A DNA stretch of 64,000 bases from Phoronis australis (taxonomy: Eukaryota; Animalia; Phoronida). Below the pieces are notes generated by a model, which was not told where the DNA came from, did not search any database, and saw only the letters and a program-made list of their open reading frames with translations. Below, one piece after another: positions 26,301 through 37,958 of the stretch; the first letter of the stretch is position 1, and each line of letters opens with the position of its first letter. Both the position numbers and the translations under genes were made by a program. Location of the stretch: the NCBI GenBank assembly GCA_002633005.1, contig NMRA01000045.1, forward strand, positions 499,627 to 563,626. The letters are read 5' to 3'.

Positions 26301-29300
26301 CAATTAAACTATGCTAATGTTCAGTTTAAAATTTTTCCTTTGAAACAATTACTTAAAGCGTTGGTAAGTCAGACAGAATTTGCTTCTTTGCACTATTATT
26401 CCTATCTATATCATTAGATTTTGCACTTCCTATTATTTCCATCTGCCATTACTTGATTTTACGCAAATTTGTAATCAATGTTATTCCAGTCAAAACTATT
26501 TTTAATTTTCCACAAATTTCCCATCTATATCATTATTCCCTAGAATTTGCTGTTTTGCATTATTATTCCCTTCTATATCATTATTAGGTTTTACCTAAAT
26601 TTGTAATCAATATTATTATTCCAGTCTATACTATGTTTAAATTTCCACAAATTTGCCGTCTATACCATTATTCCATTCTATACTATTATTAATTTTTTCC
26701 GACAAATTTCTGGTCTACACTATTATTCTACTTTTCTAGTGCCAAAAATGTTGGGTCTATACTATTATTAGAGTCTCTACTATTATTAAAAATCGTGAAA
26801 TTTTCCAGTCTATACTATTATTGCTGTCTCTACTACTATTCGGAACTCCAGAGTACATTTGAATAAAATAATGTCAACTTTAACCAACCTTTTCAACTAC
26901 AGACAATCAGTTTCACCAAACAATAAACGATCAAGCCATTCACATATTCCTCCGGTTCGGCGACACAAGTTTGGGTAAAGCTAAAGGAGAAAATGGTTGA
27001 ACGCGACTGCGAGGCCAATAATTACAAAAATTCTTTTCACCGAACAAAAATTTCACCTTTTTGCCTTAAAGAATATTCAATTCCAAGTGCATGCAACACT
27101 CACTTCCGCTTAATCTTGAGATTACGCAAAATTCCAAGTTCACGCACAGCAGAGCTACACTGTCTCTAGGCAATTACATCGCCCTGGATGCCGCAGACAT
27201 ACAGGGGCGATAGTACATCCCCACAAAAAGTTACTCTCTAGTTCCGAATAGTCGTATATATACGATTATTTTTTTCAGACTCGTTTTCCAGTCTATACGA
27301 TGCTTATTCGGGTCTCTACGTTTATTAATTTTCTAACTTTTTTCCACTCTCCACGATTATTTGTTTCAGCAAGTTCTCAATTTTTGTTTTATTCATTACA
27401 AATTTGTTACTCCAAAACTTAGCTATAGACACCGGGCATCGTACCTTGGCCGTAAAATGTGGTGTCTTCGCTCTAAACCTCTAGACCACGAGACACTAGG
27501 TTCGATTTCGTAATTTAGAAGAGCTATATACGACTGCGCGTTACACACGGAAGTCACATGTCATACACATTAAAAGATTTTATTCGCCAAAATGTCACCT
27601 GTACGTTTCAAAGCGTAAAATAATCGGACTCCCAAGCAACGGTTTACGCAACGGCTTTCTGTTGGACGGCCAGAATGTTATTTTGGACGGGTTCGACGGG
27701 ATCGGTTAGAATTAAGAAAGTGTTGGTAAAATTTAAAAAGCATGAAATGATTACCACTTCTCTTAATATTAACGGCTGACTGCTCAAAGAAATAGGCCAT
27801 CAGTAATTTCAGAAATGATGAATTTAATGCACAAATTTTTCAATATTCCGCGCGCCCCGTGACACAGACCGGTGTTACCGGCAGCTCAACGTACATATGA
27901 ATAAAAACGCTTTCGACGATTTTCTTTGGGTGATCCAATATTTATGATTGCACCCTGTGAAAAACTGGCAAGCCGTACCAAGTCTTCACTGTGTCTGTCC
28001 CCGAAGTTTGGGTTTCCGGGGGAGTAATTCCGGGATTTTGCACAGCCAGTGTCATCTGCGGTTTTCGTCATTATTGACATGCGCATTCTACATACTTAAT
28101 CATGTCGTCTGCCGCGCAAAGACCTAAAGAATTCGAGGATTATTTTACAAACCGAGAGATGTTCCAGAGACAGACATTGATTCAGATGCTGGTACGACAA
28201 ATAATCCAGCTATAGATACGGACTGTGGTGATAACGCGGCAAGTCGACGAAGCGCAAATACCCGTGCAGTTAATGAACAGTGCCGAACCTTTCAATCAAT
28301 CTAGGAACCAGGTTCCTAGAATCAACAAGTCAAAGTACCAACAAGTTGCCGACAACATCGGGCATCAGCATTTTTACAATTCGCTCCAAACTTGAGAATA
28401 GATTGTTTTTATGAACAGGAAGAATGGACCTGTGACAATCTTGAAAATGACATAGTTGCTAACGTTCGACAATCCAGTCGATATCTATTGAAATTCATTT
28501 CTACTTGCTCTCCCGTCCAAATAAATGGAAAAGCGCACGTGAATCGGTTTGTTTATTATACCTAATTAGACATTCAAGATGGTGGACGTAGTTGTGGTCG
28601 TGGACTCGAATGTTTTGCAATTCTGCAAGAAATCTCAATTTCTGGTCGTGTAAAATTTTGGATGTACCGACTTTTTGACGTCGAATTCTGACTAACATTC
28701 CGAGGGTATTGACTATGAACGTTGTGCAAGGAGATTGAGAGAAACAAAGGCTCGACTGTCAGGAATATGTATGATAAAAATGCGAGTCGTTTTACCAACA
28801 CACTTTATTGTCCTTATTCAGACTGTCGGCTTCGTGGAAGACTAGACGTTGCTGCTGAAATCTTTACCTCCTTGTTATAATTTTTGGACTTAGTCGACAT
28901 TGGCATCCCTAGTATGAATGTCACATTCTTTTTTGAGTAAAATGATAACGCATACTGTTTGAAACACATCTATATAGACTTCCATTTAAAGTTATTGAAT
29001 AAACGAATGGTCTTTGTTTTAGCAATGACACTTTATTCCACTTCACTGTACTATGTTATGGCATGTGTGGATACACCACTGCAATAATTTAACTATGCTA
29101 GTTTTCAATTTAAAAGTTTTTCTTTGAAACAATTACTTATAGCGGTGGTAAGTCAGACAGAATATGCTTCTTTGCATTATTATTCCAATCCCATCTACAT
29201 CATTATTAGATTTTGCACTTCCTATTATTTCCATCTACCGTTACTACATTTTACGCAAATTTGTAATCAATGTTATTATTCCAGTCTATATTATTTTTAA

Positions 29301-29727
29301 TTTTCCACAAATTTCCCGTCTATACCATTATTCCTAAGAATTTGCTGTTTTGCATTATTATTCTCTTCTATAACATTATTAGATTTTACCTAAATTTGTA
29401 ACCAATATTATTATTCCAGTCTATACTATGTTTAAATTTCCACAAATTTGCCGTCTATACCATTATTCCATTCTATACTATTATTAATTTTTTTTCGACA
29501 ATTTCCGGTCTATACTATTATTCTACTTTTCTAGTGGCAAAAATGTTGGGTCTATACTATTATTAGAGTCTCTACTATTATTAAAAATCGTGAAATTTTC
29601 CAGTCTATACTATTATTGCTGTCTCTACTACTATTCGGAACTCCAGAGTACTCATTTCAAAATACAGCAAATAAAATCAAATGAACCATACATATAGAAA
29701 CATAGAGTAAAAGTTAACACATACCAT
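11309..29727 (-). CDS. UTP3: UTP3/SAS10 (something about silencing 10), SSU processome component
   Basis: Minus-strand exons with consistent phases: 29725-29727 (ATG only), 23524-23549, 23211-23403, 21648-21771, 21140-21217, 20605-20723, 19414-19506, 18961-19017, 18020-18132, 17131-17227, 16343-16476, 15651-15890, 13012-13105, 12444-12551, 11309-11401 (1572 nt, 523 aa + TAG). Motifs DEVDEFH, AWGKKKSKFY, KESPELL; Sas10/Utp3/C1D domain NYCVNISFYLMLKAKRIPVHNHPVV; Sas10 C-terminus [33 protein letters not shown]...RYDGEFSGIRAG. The first two exons are less certain (see findings). Confidence 0.93.
11791..12002 (+). mobile_element. tRNA-derived SINE with 15-bp target-site duplication
   Basis: Pol III A-box TGGCCTAGTG (11803) and B-box GGTTCGAGTC (11847-11856), AT-rich tail, perfect TSD GTTTTCCCACCACTA at 11776-11790 and 12003-12017. 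The cloverleaf is not intact. Confidence 0.88.
13572..14494. mobile_element. Non-autonomous DNA transposon (MITE) interrupted by a LINE
   Basis: Imperfect TIRs: left CACTTTAGAGACCCTGAGTTTCCAT, right reverse-complemented CACTAGAGACCGTGGTTTTCCAT. No clear TSD. Confidence 0.6.
13610..14097 (+). mobile_element. 5'-truncated non-LTR retrotransposon (LINE) 3' end
   Basis: Open frame 13608-13865 CKCGDHQSYPHIFFKCP...LLLNG...SKFL..* has the C-terminal CCHC-like motif of LINE ORF2. 3' UTR stem AACCCAGA/TCTGGGTT (14003-14035), AATAAA at 14071, A-tail from 14091, 10-bp TSD AACCAGACTG at 13600-13609 and 14098-14107. Confidence 0.88.
15379..15448. repeat. 32-bp tandem duplication
   Basis: AAATCATGTCTC.TC.AAGGCCATCCAACCCC twice. 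Confidence 0.8.
19335..19368 (+). repeat. 34-nt inverted copy of the UTP3 exon-6 acceptor region (partner 20694-20727)
   Basis: + strand ATAGAGTTTAGTGGCTCCGACAAAGGTGGCGCTG equals the reverse complement of 20694-20727 at 33 of 34 positions. Confidence 0.95.
23627..23651 (-). other. UTP3: Candidate alternative 25-nt microexon of UTP3
   Basis: Minus strand reads tatttttcaacAG|TAAACACTGTCTTGGAATTGGACAA|GTgagt, with a consensus acceptor and donor. No transcript evidence is available. Confidence 0.5.
24304..26853. mobile_element. ~2.5-kb non-autonomous DNA transposon, TA TSD (Tc1/mariner/pogo-superfamily-like), copy 1
   Basis: TA|CTCTCGAGTTCCGAATAGTCGTA ... TACTACTATTCGGAACTCCAGAG|TA. Many subterminal CTATAC(G/T)ATTATT motifs. 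Colinear with copy 2 but with different flanks. No transposase ORF. Confidence 0.9.
24925..25252. other. Probable assembly artefact: ~164-bp overlap duplicated across a single n (25089)
   Basis: Near-identical sequence on both sides of the n. The paralogous transposon copy 2 contains this segment only once. Confidence 0.85.
27234..29648. mobile_element. ~2.4-kb non-autonomous DNA transposon, TA TSD, copy 2
   Basis: TA|CTCTCTAGTTCCGAATAGTCGTA ... TATTCGGAACTCCAGAG|TA. Same orientation as copy 1 and diverged throughout by substitutions and indels. Confidence 0.9.
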
Positions 29728-29779
29728 GACTTTGGATACAATTTAGTCAGCAAAACTTGAACAAATTGATGAAAATCTG

Positions 29780-29975
29780 TCATGGTTTGCTCGAGTTTCT
29801 CTTACCGGGTGCCATTTTGAGGAAGTTACGTGAAATCACGCATGTTAACGAATAAGTCTAAGGAACATAAATTTCAACTAATACCTTCTCATGCTATTTT
29901 GCAAGTGTTATGCGCTAGTGTCACGCGCTTCGCTCAGTCTCGCGCTAGCTTTTGCCTGACTCACGTGACTCAGTT
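29780..29975 (-). promoter_or_regulatory. UTP3 5' leader and proximal promoter
   Basis: Minus strand cttcctcaaaATGGC (ETS/YY1-like; ATG 29815-29813) opens uORF MAPGKRNSSKP* or a phase-1 donor (GTAAGA at 29805). The patch is CpG-rich. E-box CACGTG at 29962-29967 is overlapped by two TGACTCA (AP-1-like) sites at 29957-29963 and 29966-29972. Confidence 0.5.
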
Positions 29976-31475
29976 GACCTACTTAATGTTATCGCTCGCG
30001 GTGAAAAAGTTGACAACCAAAAAAGTGGAGTTGGAATTCTTCGCCTAAGTCAACTTAATTCTCACAACTAAGCTTCATCAAAGATATGTATAGAAGAAGA
30101 AAGGACCAATGATGAAAGAAAGCGCTTTTTTAAATGATAGCTTTAAGAGTGGAATGTACACTCCGAAACCCTATAGTCGTCCGCCTAAGCATAAAACCGG
30201 CTTGTTGTCTTACTCACCCAATTATTCCACTTCAAAGTTATGATCTGAATAGGACTTGATTTAACTCTCACAAATATATAGTATTCGTTGATTCAAACGT
30301 TTTCTTTTACTTAAGCCGAGTTGTTCAACTGTGCATTGGTTTTCGGCAGCCATTTTATAATGACACCTATGGTCGTCATGTGCTGCCGCCTTTTGAAAGG
30401 ACAGAAAACCACACAGAAAAAGGCCAAGAAAATAGTGGAAAGTGGTTTACAGCAACTCTACTTCAACCACAAACTGTTTTACTGGTATGATATCGATTTT
30501 TAAATCGATTAAAATTGATTTAGAATTTCAGTTCTGGAAAATAAATCACAATTGTTTTATTCCAGGCAGACCTTACTTATTTTGTATTTGTGACCTCTTT
30601 ATTTGACTTTTTGCTCTTGTTGTTCTTAACATCACTTATCTCTGCTGTCCTTCTTTTTCTTTTCAGTTTCTCTTCATTCTCTGTTAACACCTTGTCAGCC
30701 AAAACAGAACTGTAAGCCTTTGAGACTTGGTAGGCGGAAGTTGATCATTGAACCTCGATACAATTGTTCTAATAAATTACCCATAATTGTATTGTTTGAT
30801 TTTTTCTCATCTTTAACAGGCTTCTGCATTCATAAATAAATAAATAAATACCCAAGTTGCATTTGAATTTTATTGCTCAATCTCTTCTTTTATTTTTGAT
30901 TATGTCATGCTGTGTTGTATGTAACAAATGCAATATAGTGAAATAAAGTCAATGTTTTACTTTATTGGTGGCCATTCTCTATCAATTCAAGTATTTTAAT
31001 TTTCTTCAAATAAATTCAAAATGCTTTAACCAAAATTTTCAACATAAATGTTGAGTTCAGTACTGTGTTTTGCAATAAAAAAACAAGTGAACAATATTTT
31101 GATGACCAAGGCGTGGGCCGAAACTGTTAAGCACCCAGCGTGTTCCATTTGTCTGCTGCGTTTTTCCTTTGGCCTAACAGATGTCGGTTAGTGCCTGGGA
31201 CAAATAGATACATTGCATAAACAATCCCTGGGTTGCTTTTTGTTCCGTCTGAAGAAAATTTAATTTCGAAAATATCTTCTGAAAATGAACAAAAAAGTGC
31301 ATTAGTAAAATCAACAAGTTTTTAAGTGGTCTCAAAAAAACAGTCGGTAAATGCATTAATTTTAGTCTCAGTTCTTCCACGCGTGTTTCTCCCGAGAGGT
31401 TAGTACCTAACGTGCAGACGAGCGTTCCAAATTGGAACGCTAAGTCCCGCGTGGCAGCGCTGCACGCGAAACAAG

Positions 31476-32095
31476 ATGGCGGACGACCTTTGGAGACTGA
31501 CGACGAGAGGTAATCGGACTATATTTTTGACGAGGTGAAAACTCAAAATCAGTAACCCAAATCCAGTCACCGCCCGTTTAAAATACATGTAACGAAATGC
31601 GTACAGAAAGCGAATGGAAGTATTGTAGCCCCTAAATGACCAACCGAGTGACTACGTGTTGCCTACATTGTCTCAAATTAGGCCGGCAGTAGGCAGTACT
31701 CCAGTAGATTACAGAAAGTACAGACCGTGTTCGAGCTAGAAACTGTGGCGGTCGGTTGTCACTGTCTACTGTGGCAGACACCTCAAAAAGAATGAACAAA
31801 ACTCGATTAATATAGATACTGCATTGGATCTGCTGTAACATTCGACAAAACGATTTTTCGCACAGCTCACCTGGTATTCTTTTTACCCATTTTTCATAAA
31901 AAACGACAACACATGTCGCGGAAACGGAAATAAATGTTACAAGCGCCCCTTTTGGTTGTTCACGCGTTTTCCCAATGCTGCCGTACTTTTCCATAGGTGT
32001 CGCTGTGTGGCTGTGACACACAGAGGGCGCACTTTCCGACTCTCGTTTCAGAAACACTTGTGGAACTCTGCTAATGACACTAGCACGACTTTCAG
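31476..32095 (+). other. Probable first exon(s) of an unidentified gene divergent from UTP3
   Basis: CpG-rich patch with aagATGGCGG (YY1/Kozak-like) at 31476 and donor AG|GTAATC after 31509. A second candidate exon at 32052-32095 has acceptor ctcgtttcAG and donor CAG|GTGAGT. No downstream coding exon was recognised. Confidence 0.45.
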
Positions 32096-33612
32096 GTGAG
32101 TTGTTTTAACACAGATAAAACGATCCTTTTGTTTAAATGGACGTTTACCTGTTGAAGGACTGGTATGACAATTTCGTTTCTAGGTAGTTTAAATGCAAAA
32201 TCTTAGAAATCGTAGAAATCGTTAAAGCACTTCACTTTTAGTGGCACTGTCGCCTGTCGGTGACTCTTGACACACAATTTCCTGGTCGTTTTGCATCTTG
32301 TTCGTGCTCTGACCTGGCTCCCTATCTGCTTCATTGTCAGCCAGACATGATAATGACATAGCAACGGGATCGTAGGGTAGATTTAGCGAACATGACATGA
32401 CTTCCATTCATGTCGTCAGGCTCAGTTGGCCTCAGTGGTTGACAGATGCTCCAGGTTTCGTTCTTACATTGATTTACAGCAGATGAGAGGAATACTCCAA
32501 AAGAAAATATATTTTTTAGCTCTTGCAAACATTGACAATACACAAATATCAGACTAAAATATGTTGAGGAGCACTGTTTGTATAGAAACTCTCAAGCTTG
32601 TGAATATGTCACAACATGGTATTAGCATGACTGGCCATTTGTTAGCCACATGTTCACTTCATATGAGATCCTTAATACGGAGCGATAGACGCATTTTAGT
32701 TGGTAAAATTGTATTAACTAGAAAACACCAGTTTGCCGAACCAAGTCTGTCAATGGTCTAATGATGTAATTTGGAGATTGGTTTACTGGGGTTAGTGTAC
32801 CAAGATATCGTAAGTTTACGACTTTTTGGGACACAGAGTATGAACGAAAACTAATGTCAAAACTTACGACTGGTTGTATGTCTCCAGTTAGGCTCTGTGT
32901 AAAGAAACGCCCTAAATTTTACCACGTTTTAGTCAAACTATTCCTTAGAATTTCAGGATCTGTCAGATAATGCCATTTATTCAAAGTGGAGCTCACGTGA
33001 TCTCAGTACCTTTAATTCAAAGTTGGATCTTGTTCAGTGAACACGTATGACTGACTGGCAACACATTATTTCTTGGTGTTATAACCTTAACGCTCTGATA
33101 GGATAACTGAATTTTTAAAGTTCAAATGAAATTGGACACGATTTGTTTGTTACCTGGTTCTTAAAAATTGCAACGACTTCAGTGTACTCATTTGCTGCTA
33201 GTGTTGTACATTTTCTACTTCATTTTACTTTCCATAGAACGCAATTCCAATTATCAAAACCCCCAAAATTCGATTGATATTTAGGTAAACATGCGAAATA
33301 TGAACTGTTAGTGTTATGATGCCATATTTGTAAAACCTGACCTCGCAAATGTCACATAACCAGCTGTTGGTCAGACTGTCCGTCTGGTGACCTTGCATTG
33401 CATCTGGGTCAGAAGCAATGGACGTGTTTGCTAGTACAAATAAGAATAAAACATTGGAATTTCTTTTGCAGGTTTGTTTTTTGACAAGTTTGCATATTTT
33501 TGAAAGCTTCGAAAGTTCTTAAAATGGGTCTCTCCTTGGGGTTCTGTGAAGAAATGGGGTGAAACTAGTTACTTCCTAAAATATTCCTAATAAACAATAA
33601 AAGTCATCGATA

Positions 33613-34550
33613 CCATAAAACATGTGGGTTAACACCCACGCTCCTGTAAAGTGCCTACCACCCATTTTTGAGCATTTTCGGATTAAGTGCCCACTGCTCG
33701 GCTAAGCGCCCACCCACTGCTTTTGGGAATTTGCAATAAAGTACCGACTGCTTGTGCTAGTGCCTGCCAATAACTTGGGTCATGGAATTTATTTTCAAAA
33801 CAGTAAAGCATAAGTAACTGGATCAGTTTGAGTCATAATGAAGTTACTGTTGCAGTTTTTGTTGTTGCTGATAACATCATTTATTCTGTTAGTGTCTTCT
33901 GCAGATTATTAAAAACCACTGCGTTGTTGGAATTATACAGTTAGTCACAGTCTCTCGTTTCAGGCTTTGGCTAATGTATTTTTCAAAAGAATCAAACTTT
34001 TCTCCTAGTTTTAAGAGCCAAAGTGCAGCTCTGTTTTAAATTTATCACTGAAGCCGAAGTTTCAGACATGTGGGTTGCTTGTGGGTGATCTATTTTTCCA
34101 TTGTATGGCACGTATTCAGTGCTAAGGGAGCAAACTAACTAACTTGAGATTAATTATTGAATATACCCACACAAGATGCAAGGTTTTTTTCTTTGTGAAA
34201 TCAGTCAACATGTATTTTCTCTTATTTCAAATTGTATCCTTAGCTACTGAATTTATACATGTGGCCATTAGAGAGTACTGATTCAACTTTCGCATCAGTA
34301 ACAAGTCTTGTGGCAAATTCTCTGAACTTCTAGTCTGTGAACATCAATTTTAAAGGCCACAGGTGGACAGAGCGACAGTCTGGCTCAGGTTTGGTGCTCA
34401 AGATGGGATAAGCACCCAACCCAATTTCTTGAAATTTCTGGTTAAGGCACCCATCTCTGAGTTGTGCTCCATCTCTGAGTTATGCGCCCATTCCCTGACT
34501 TCTAGGCTGACCAGTTTAAGCTCCTAGGGAGTTAACCAAAATGTCTATGT
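33613..34550. mobile_element. Degenerate pogo/Tc2-like MITE with TA flanks
   Basis: Left TA|CCATAAAACATGTGGGTTAACACCC; right reverse-complemented TA|ACATAGACATTTTGGTTAACTCCC. Subterminal TAAG(C/T)GCCCA motifs as in 37959-39612. Confidence 0.6.
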
Positions 34551-36294
34551 TAATCTTTATCAAGGAAATGTTTTAGTGTACTCTTGAATGGTTACTGGTC
34601 TAGCAGATGATGGCAATTCCAGGAGAGTTAATTGTCTATGAAAAAGCTTAACATGATTAGACTTTGTAAAGGAGGGGTATTAAGCAGACTATAATCAATT
34701 GGATTCCTGGTATAATGAATGGAAGAAAAGGTGCTTATAACTGAATTCAGCTATCACTTAAGTTAGATCATCACCTCAGGACTTATGGGTGAAAACGATC
34801 ACATGGCTTAATAGATAAGATGTGTACATTCATGAATCTGATAAATCTTCTGGTAGATCTATGTTATCTACGTATTTTGTACTGGTAGGGTAAATTTTGT
34901 CATTCATAATCAATAGTACTGTAGTAGTCTGCAGAGAATAACGTGGCACTGTACCAGTAAAGAGAGTGAAGCCTGCGGATTTTTTTTGTCTGGGAAGTCC
35001 ATTCGTGGAACTAAATGACCTGACCCTAGTGTCAGTGAGAGCCTGCTGTTAATTCATTTATCAATTAGAAGTGACGTCAAATTATTGGACTTTGTGGTGA
35101 AATAATGCTTTTACGATAAAGAGGATTTATTAATAACCTTGTCATCCTTTTAGATTGTTGTTCAGTGCCATTGTAGGCCTGAAATAGCATAATTGGCTGT
35201 GGTTTGAACCCGCTTCATTTTGTTGAAAAGTTGGCATCAGGTGGTGCTGGATTAAAAAGAAGGATCCCCTCAGCCGGCTTCAGGTGACTTTTTCTTTTTG
35301 AAAATATGGGCAACTGAAAAAAAATGCACCACTTCAACATTTTTAAAAATATAAGCAACATAGACCTGGCAATCAATTATGTTATTTTTGGATGTATAAT
35401 AGTTTATTTATCAATGGTTTTGAGTTCAGAGTAATGCCACCTGTATAATACTTAAAATTGCCTTTTTGCCCTTATTTAACCAGTCGATGTTGAATTCTTA
35501 ATCGAAGTGGGTTTAAATTTAAAAAAGCATAACCACGCTCTTCCGATCTTGAATTATTAGTGAATGAGCCAATAGTCATAAGTAATGCATATGTGCGCTG
35601 TTAATTTTTAGGTTGGCCAACCTCTAAAGTTTGAGTTTTGATGTTCTTGTTCACGGAAATAGAATCCTATCAGGGTAAGAAGTGATATTACACTGAATTT
35701 ATGAGAGTAAAAAGCCTAATTTGATTTTTGTTTTTGACCCACCTAAACAGGGGAAAAGCAGTTTTAAATATACACATCCATTTATATTGCCATAAGATTA
35801 ATGTTTTGATGAGAAATCTTTAGTGTTGTAAAATTATTCATTGGCAATGATGAGAAATTTCTTGGAACAATTTTGATGTGTACATACCATGGATGCATGC
35901 ATATTTATATGTGTGTGCGAGTGTTATTTCATTATTTTATCATGTGTTTATTTTTGGTGTCATTTTCGACGTCGTACACCGCAATTATAGTTGCCATTAG
36001 CCAAGTTGCTTCTCATAAAAAAGTTGGCAAATATCTTTCAGTACGTACTTCCTGTTCTCCAAATGCGTGTATCATTGTCATCCATGTTTGAACTGAGTGT
36101 ACATCTCTGATAATGGTTGAAATTTTGCTAATAATTTGTGGCTACTTTCTGGGCTCTTATCAACAAAAACAAACAAAAGCAGGGAACTAAAAACTGTAAG
36201 AAACTAATACTGTACAAGTTGTGGACATTTACAGCTACCCTCCCGTCCGGTCACGGGGAACTTGTGCCTTTTCTTATGGTGATAAAATCGTCCT

Positions 36295-37110
36295 AATAGG
36301 TTGGTCACTACCGAGTCGCATCGCCTTGTCACCAGCCTATCACCATCCTCAATAGCGTCTGCTCAAGAAGTAGCAGAAGTCAATGTTTTGTGCCCGTTTC
36401 GAAACATTTCCTTTTCGTTGCTTTCCCATCAGTGAAACACCAATCTGTCGCAAATCCATCACAACTCCGTTTACTTTTCCCACTAACTTCTCTTCGTTAG
36501 AGACATTGGAGTTTATGCTTGTTTTAGATGGTGTACCCTTGTTGATTAGCACTCTCGGTGGCATATGTGTGCACAATCCCCTGACAATTATGGTGCTTTT
36601 GTCATTTTTGCAGCCATGACTGTATCTCCTTCACGCTTTACAGGATCGTTGTAAATAAGTGTTTTCCTGTACATATGTGATAACAGTTGCCCATAATTTT
36701 TTCATGGCCTTGACTACTTCAGTGCCTCCTTGTGACAATTTTAATTTTTACATTTGCGTCTTTCTTCAGAGTTCCTTGATGGTTTTCCATTGAAATTTTG
36801 CATCCAAATGTCTATTGTAAAGAAGCCAACATTTTTCCATTTTGGCATAGATTCTACATATTTTCTGCAACCGTATAAGTATCCATTTTCATTATTTTTA
36901 CAAAGACGATCATTATGAAAATTGGCAAATGTGTTCCTACTGACAAGAGAAGTACTAAAATGCATATTTTTAGACTCGCAACTACTTTGGTGCCCTCTAG
37001 TGGCATATTTTGGCATTAGGAGCTGTATCTTCTGAGTCCTTGTAAGGAGTATTCCTTCGGTACTTGATAACCGGTGGACGGACCTGATCGTGCCTCCATG
37101 GCAGTGTTTT
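36295..37110 (+). mobile_element. Degenerate Helentron-associated (HINE/DINE-like) element
   Basis: 5' inverted repeat ATAGGTTGGT...ACCAGCCTAT, an internal unit with GAAAATTGGC and TGCCCTCTAGTGGC like the units at 50.7-52.1 kb, and a small 3' hairpin TGCC-TCCAT-GGCA. Boundaries approximate. Confidence 0.4.
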
Positions 37111-37958
37111 CACGTTTGCATCCATATCTTTGGAGTTCCTTGATGACTGTACTGGTACATGAAATAAATAGCTTAAGATTAAGGAGACAATGTCACTCTC
37201 CCGTTTACGGGGTGTTTGACATATTCTGCACTATATTAATGGCTATTTGTATGATATTATGATTGTTGTGCAGTTGTTTACAAATTTCAAGGCTCTGCAT
37301 TTGTTTTATAGTTATTATTTTCATCTCTAATTGGTGAGATTTCTCCTTACTTATTGATTTCCGTGTATCAGAATGGCTTTCATGTGTAACATAATACTTA
37401 AAATGGCTTTTCAGCTGAGACACAGAACTTTGTACTTAGTCAAATGAACCTTGGATAATATGACAATAATTGTGTATTATATAATATTGAGTTCCCAGTG
37501 AGAGTCTTTAGTTGGTAATAACAGGTCTTTGTTACACATAATTGGCTTTTGTTCTCATAGGAAGGCAGGCATGTTCAGGTTAGAATTTTCCATGAAAGGG
37601 AAAACCTTGGATTCAAGGTAACAAAATCCAAACTGCTGTGTTCTGGGATACAAGTGTAAAGTATTTGGAGCAATTAAAACATTAATTTGAAACAGATCCT
37701 TCAATCAGTACAAATCTCATGGTCATTGATAATAAAATAAACATTTCATTATCTGGCTGTCTAATTCAATAAGTCACCTATTGTGAAAGTCCAGCCAATT
37801 GCACCCCTTGTTTGCAGTTGGCTCTCAAATGTTCCCAGTAAGCTGTAAAAGTCACTCCAATGCATTTGACCTCATAAGCAGTGTATGGAAAATGAGTGAT
37901 GGGTCTGTATTGTATACCCTACTGTTTACATTGATTGCAGTATTGTAGACTGTAAGTA

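Noticed and set aside
24304-29648. Transposase or other protein genes inside the two large elements
   Set aside because: Only short ORFs, whose frames are not preserved between copies; no DDE or HTH motif recognised.
11402-29724. Intronic C/D-box snoRNAs in UTP3, a plausible host gene
   Set aside because: No properly spaced RTGATGA...CTGA pair with a terminal stem was found by eye; an Infernal/Rfam scan would be needed, especially for H/ACA.
31088-31130. Hammerhead-like TTGATGA...CCGAAAC
   Set aside because: C3 is missing, and there is no G10.1-C11.1 closing pair or stem I.
37561-37617. Possible 57-nt plus-strand exon (ctcatAG...AAG|GTAAC)
   Set aside because: Plausible splice sites but no recognisable protein similarity or linkage to other exons.
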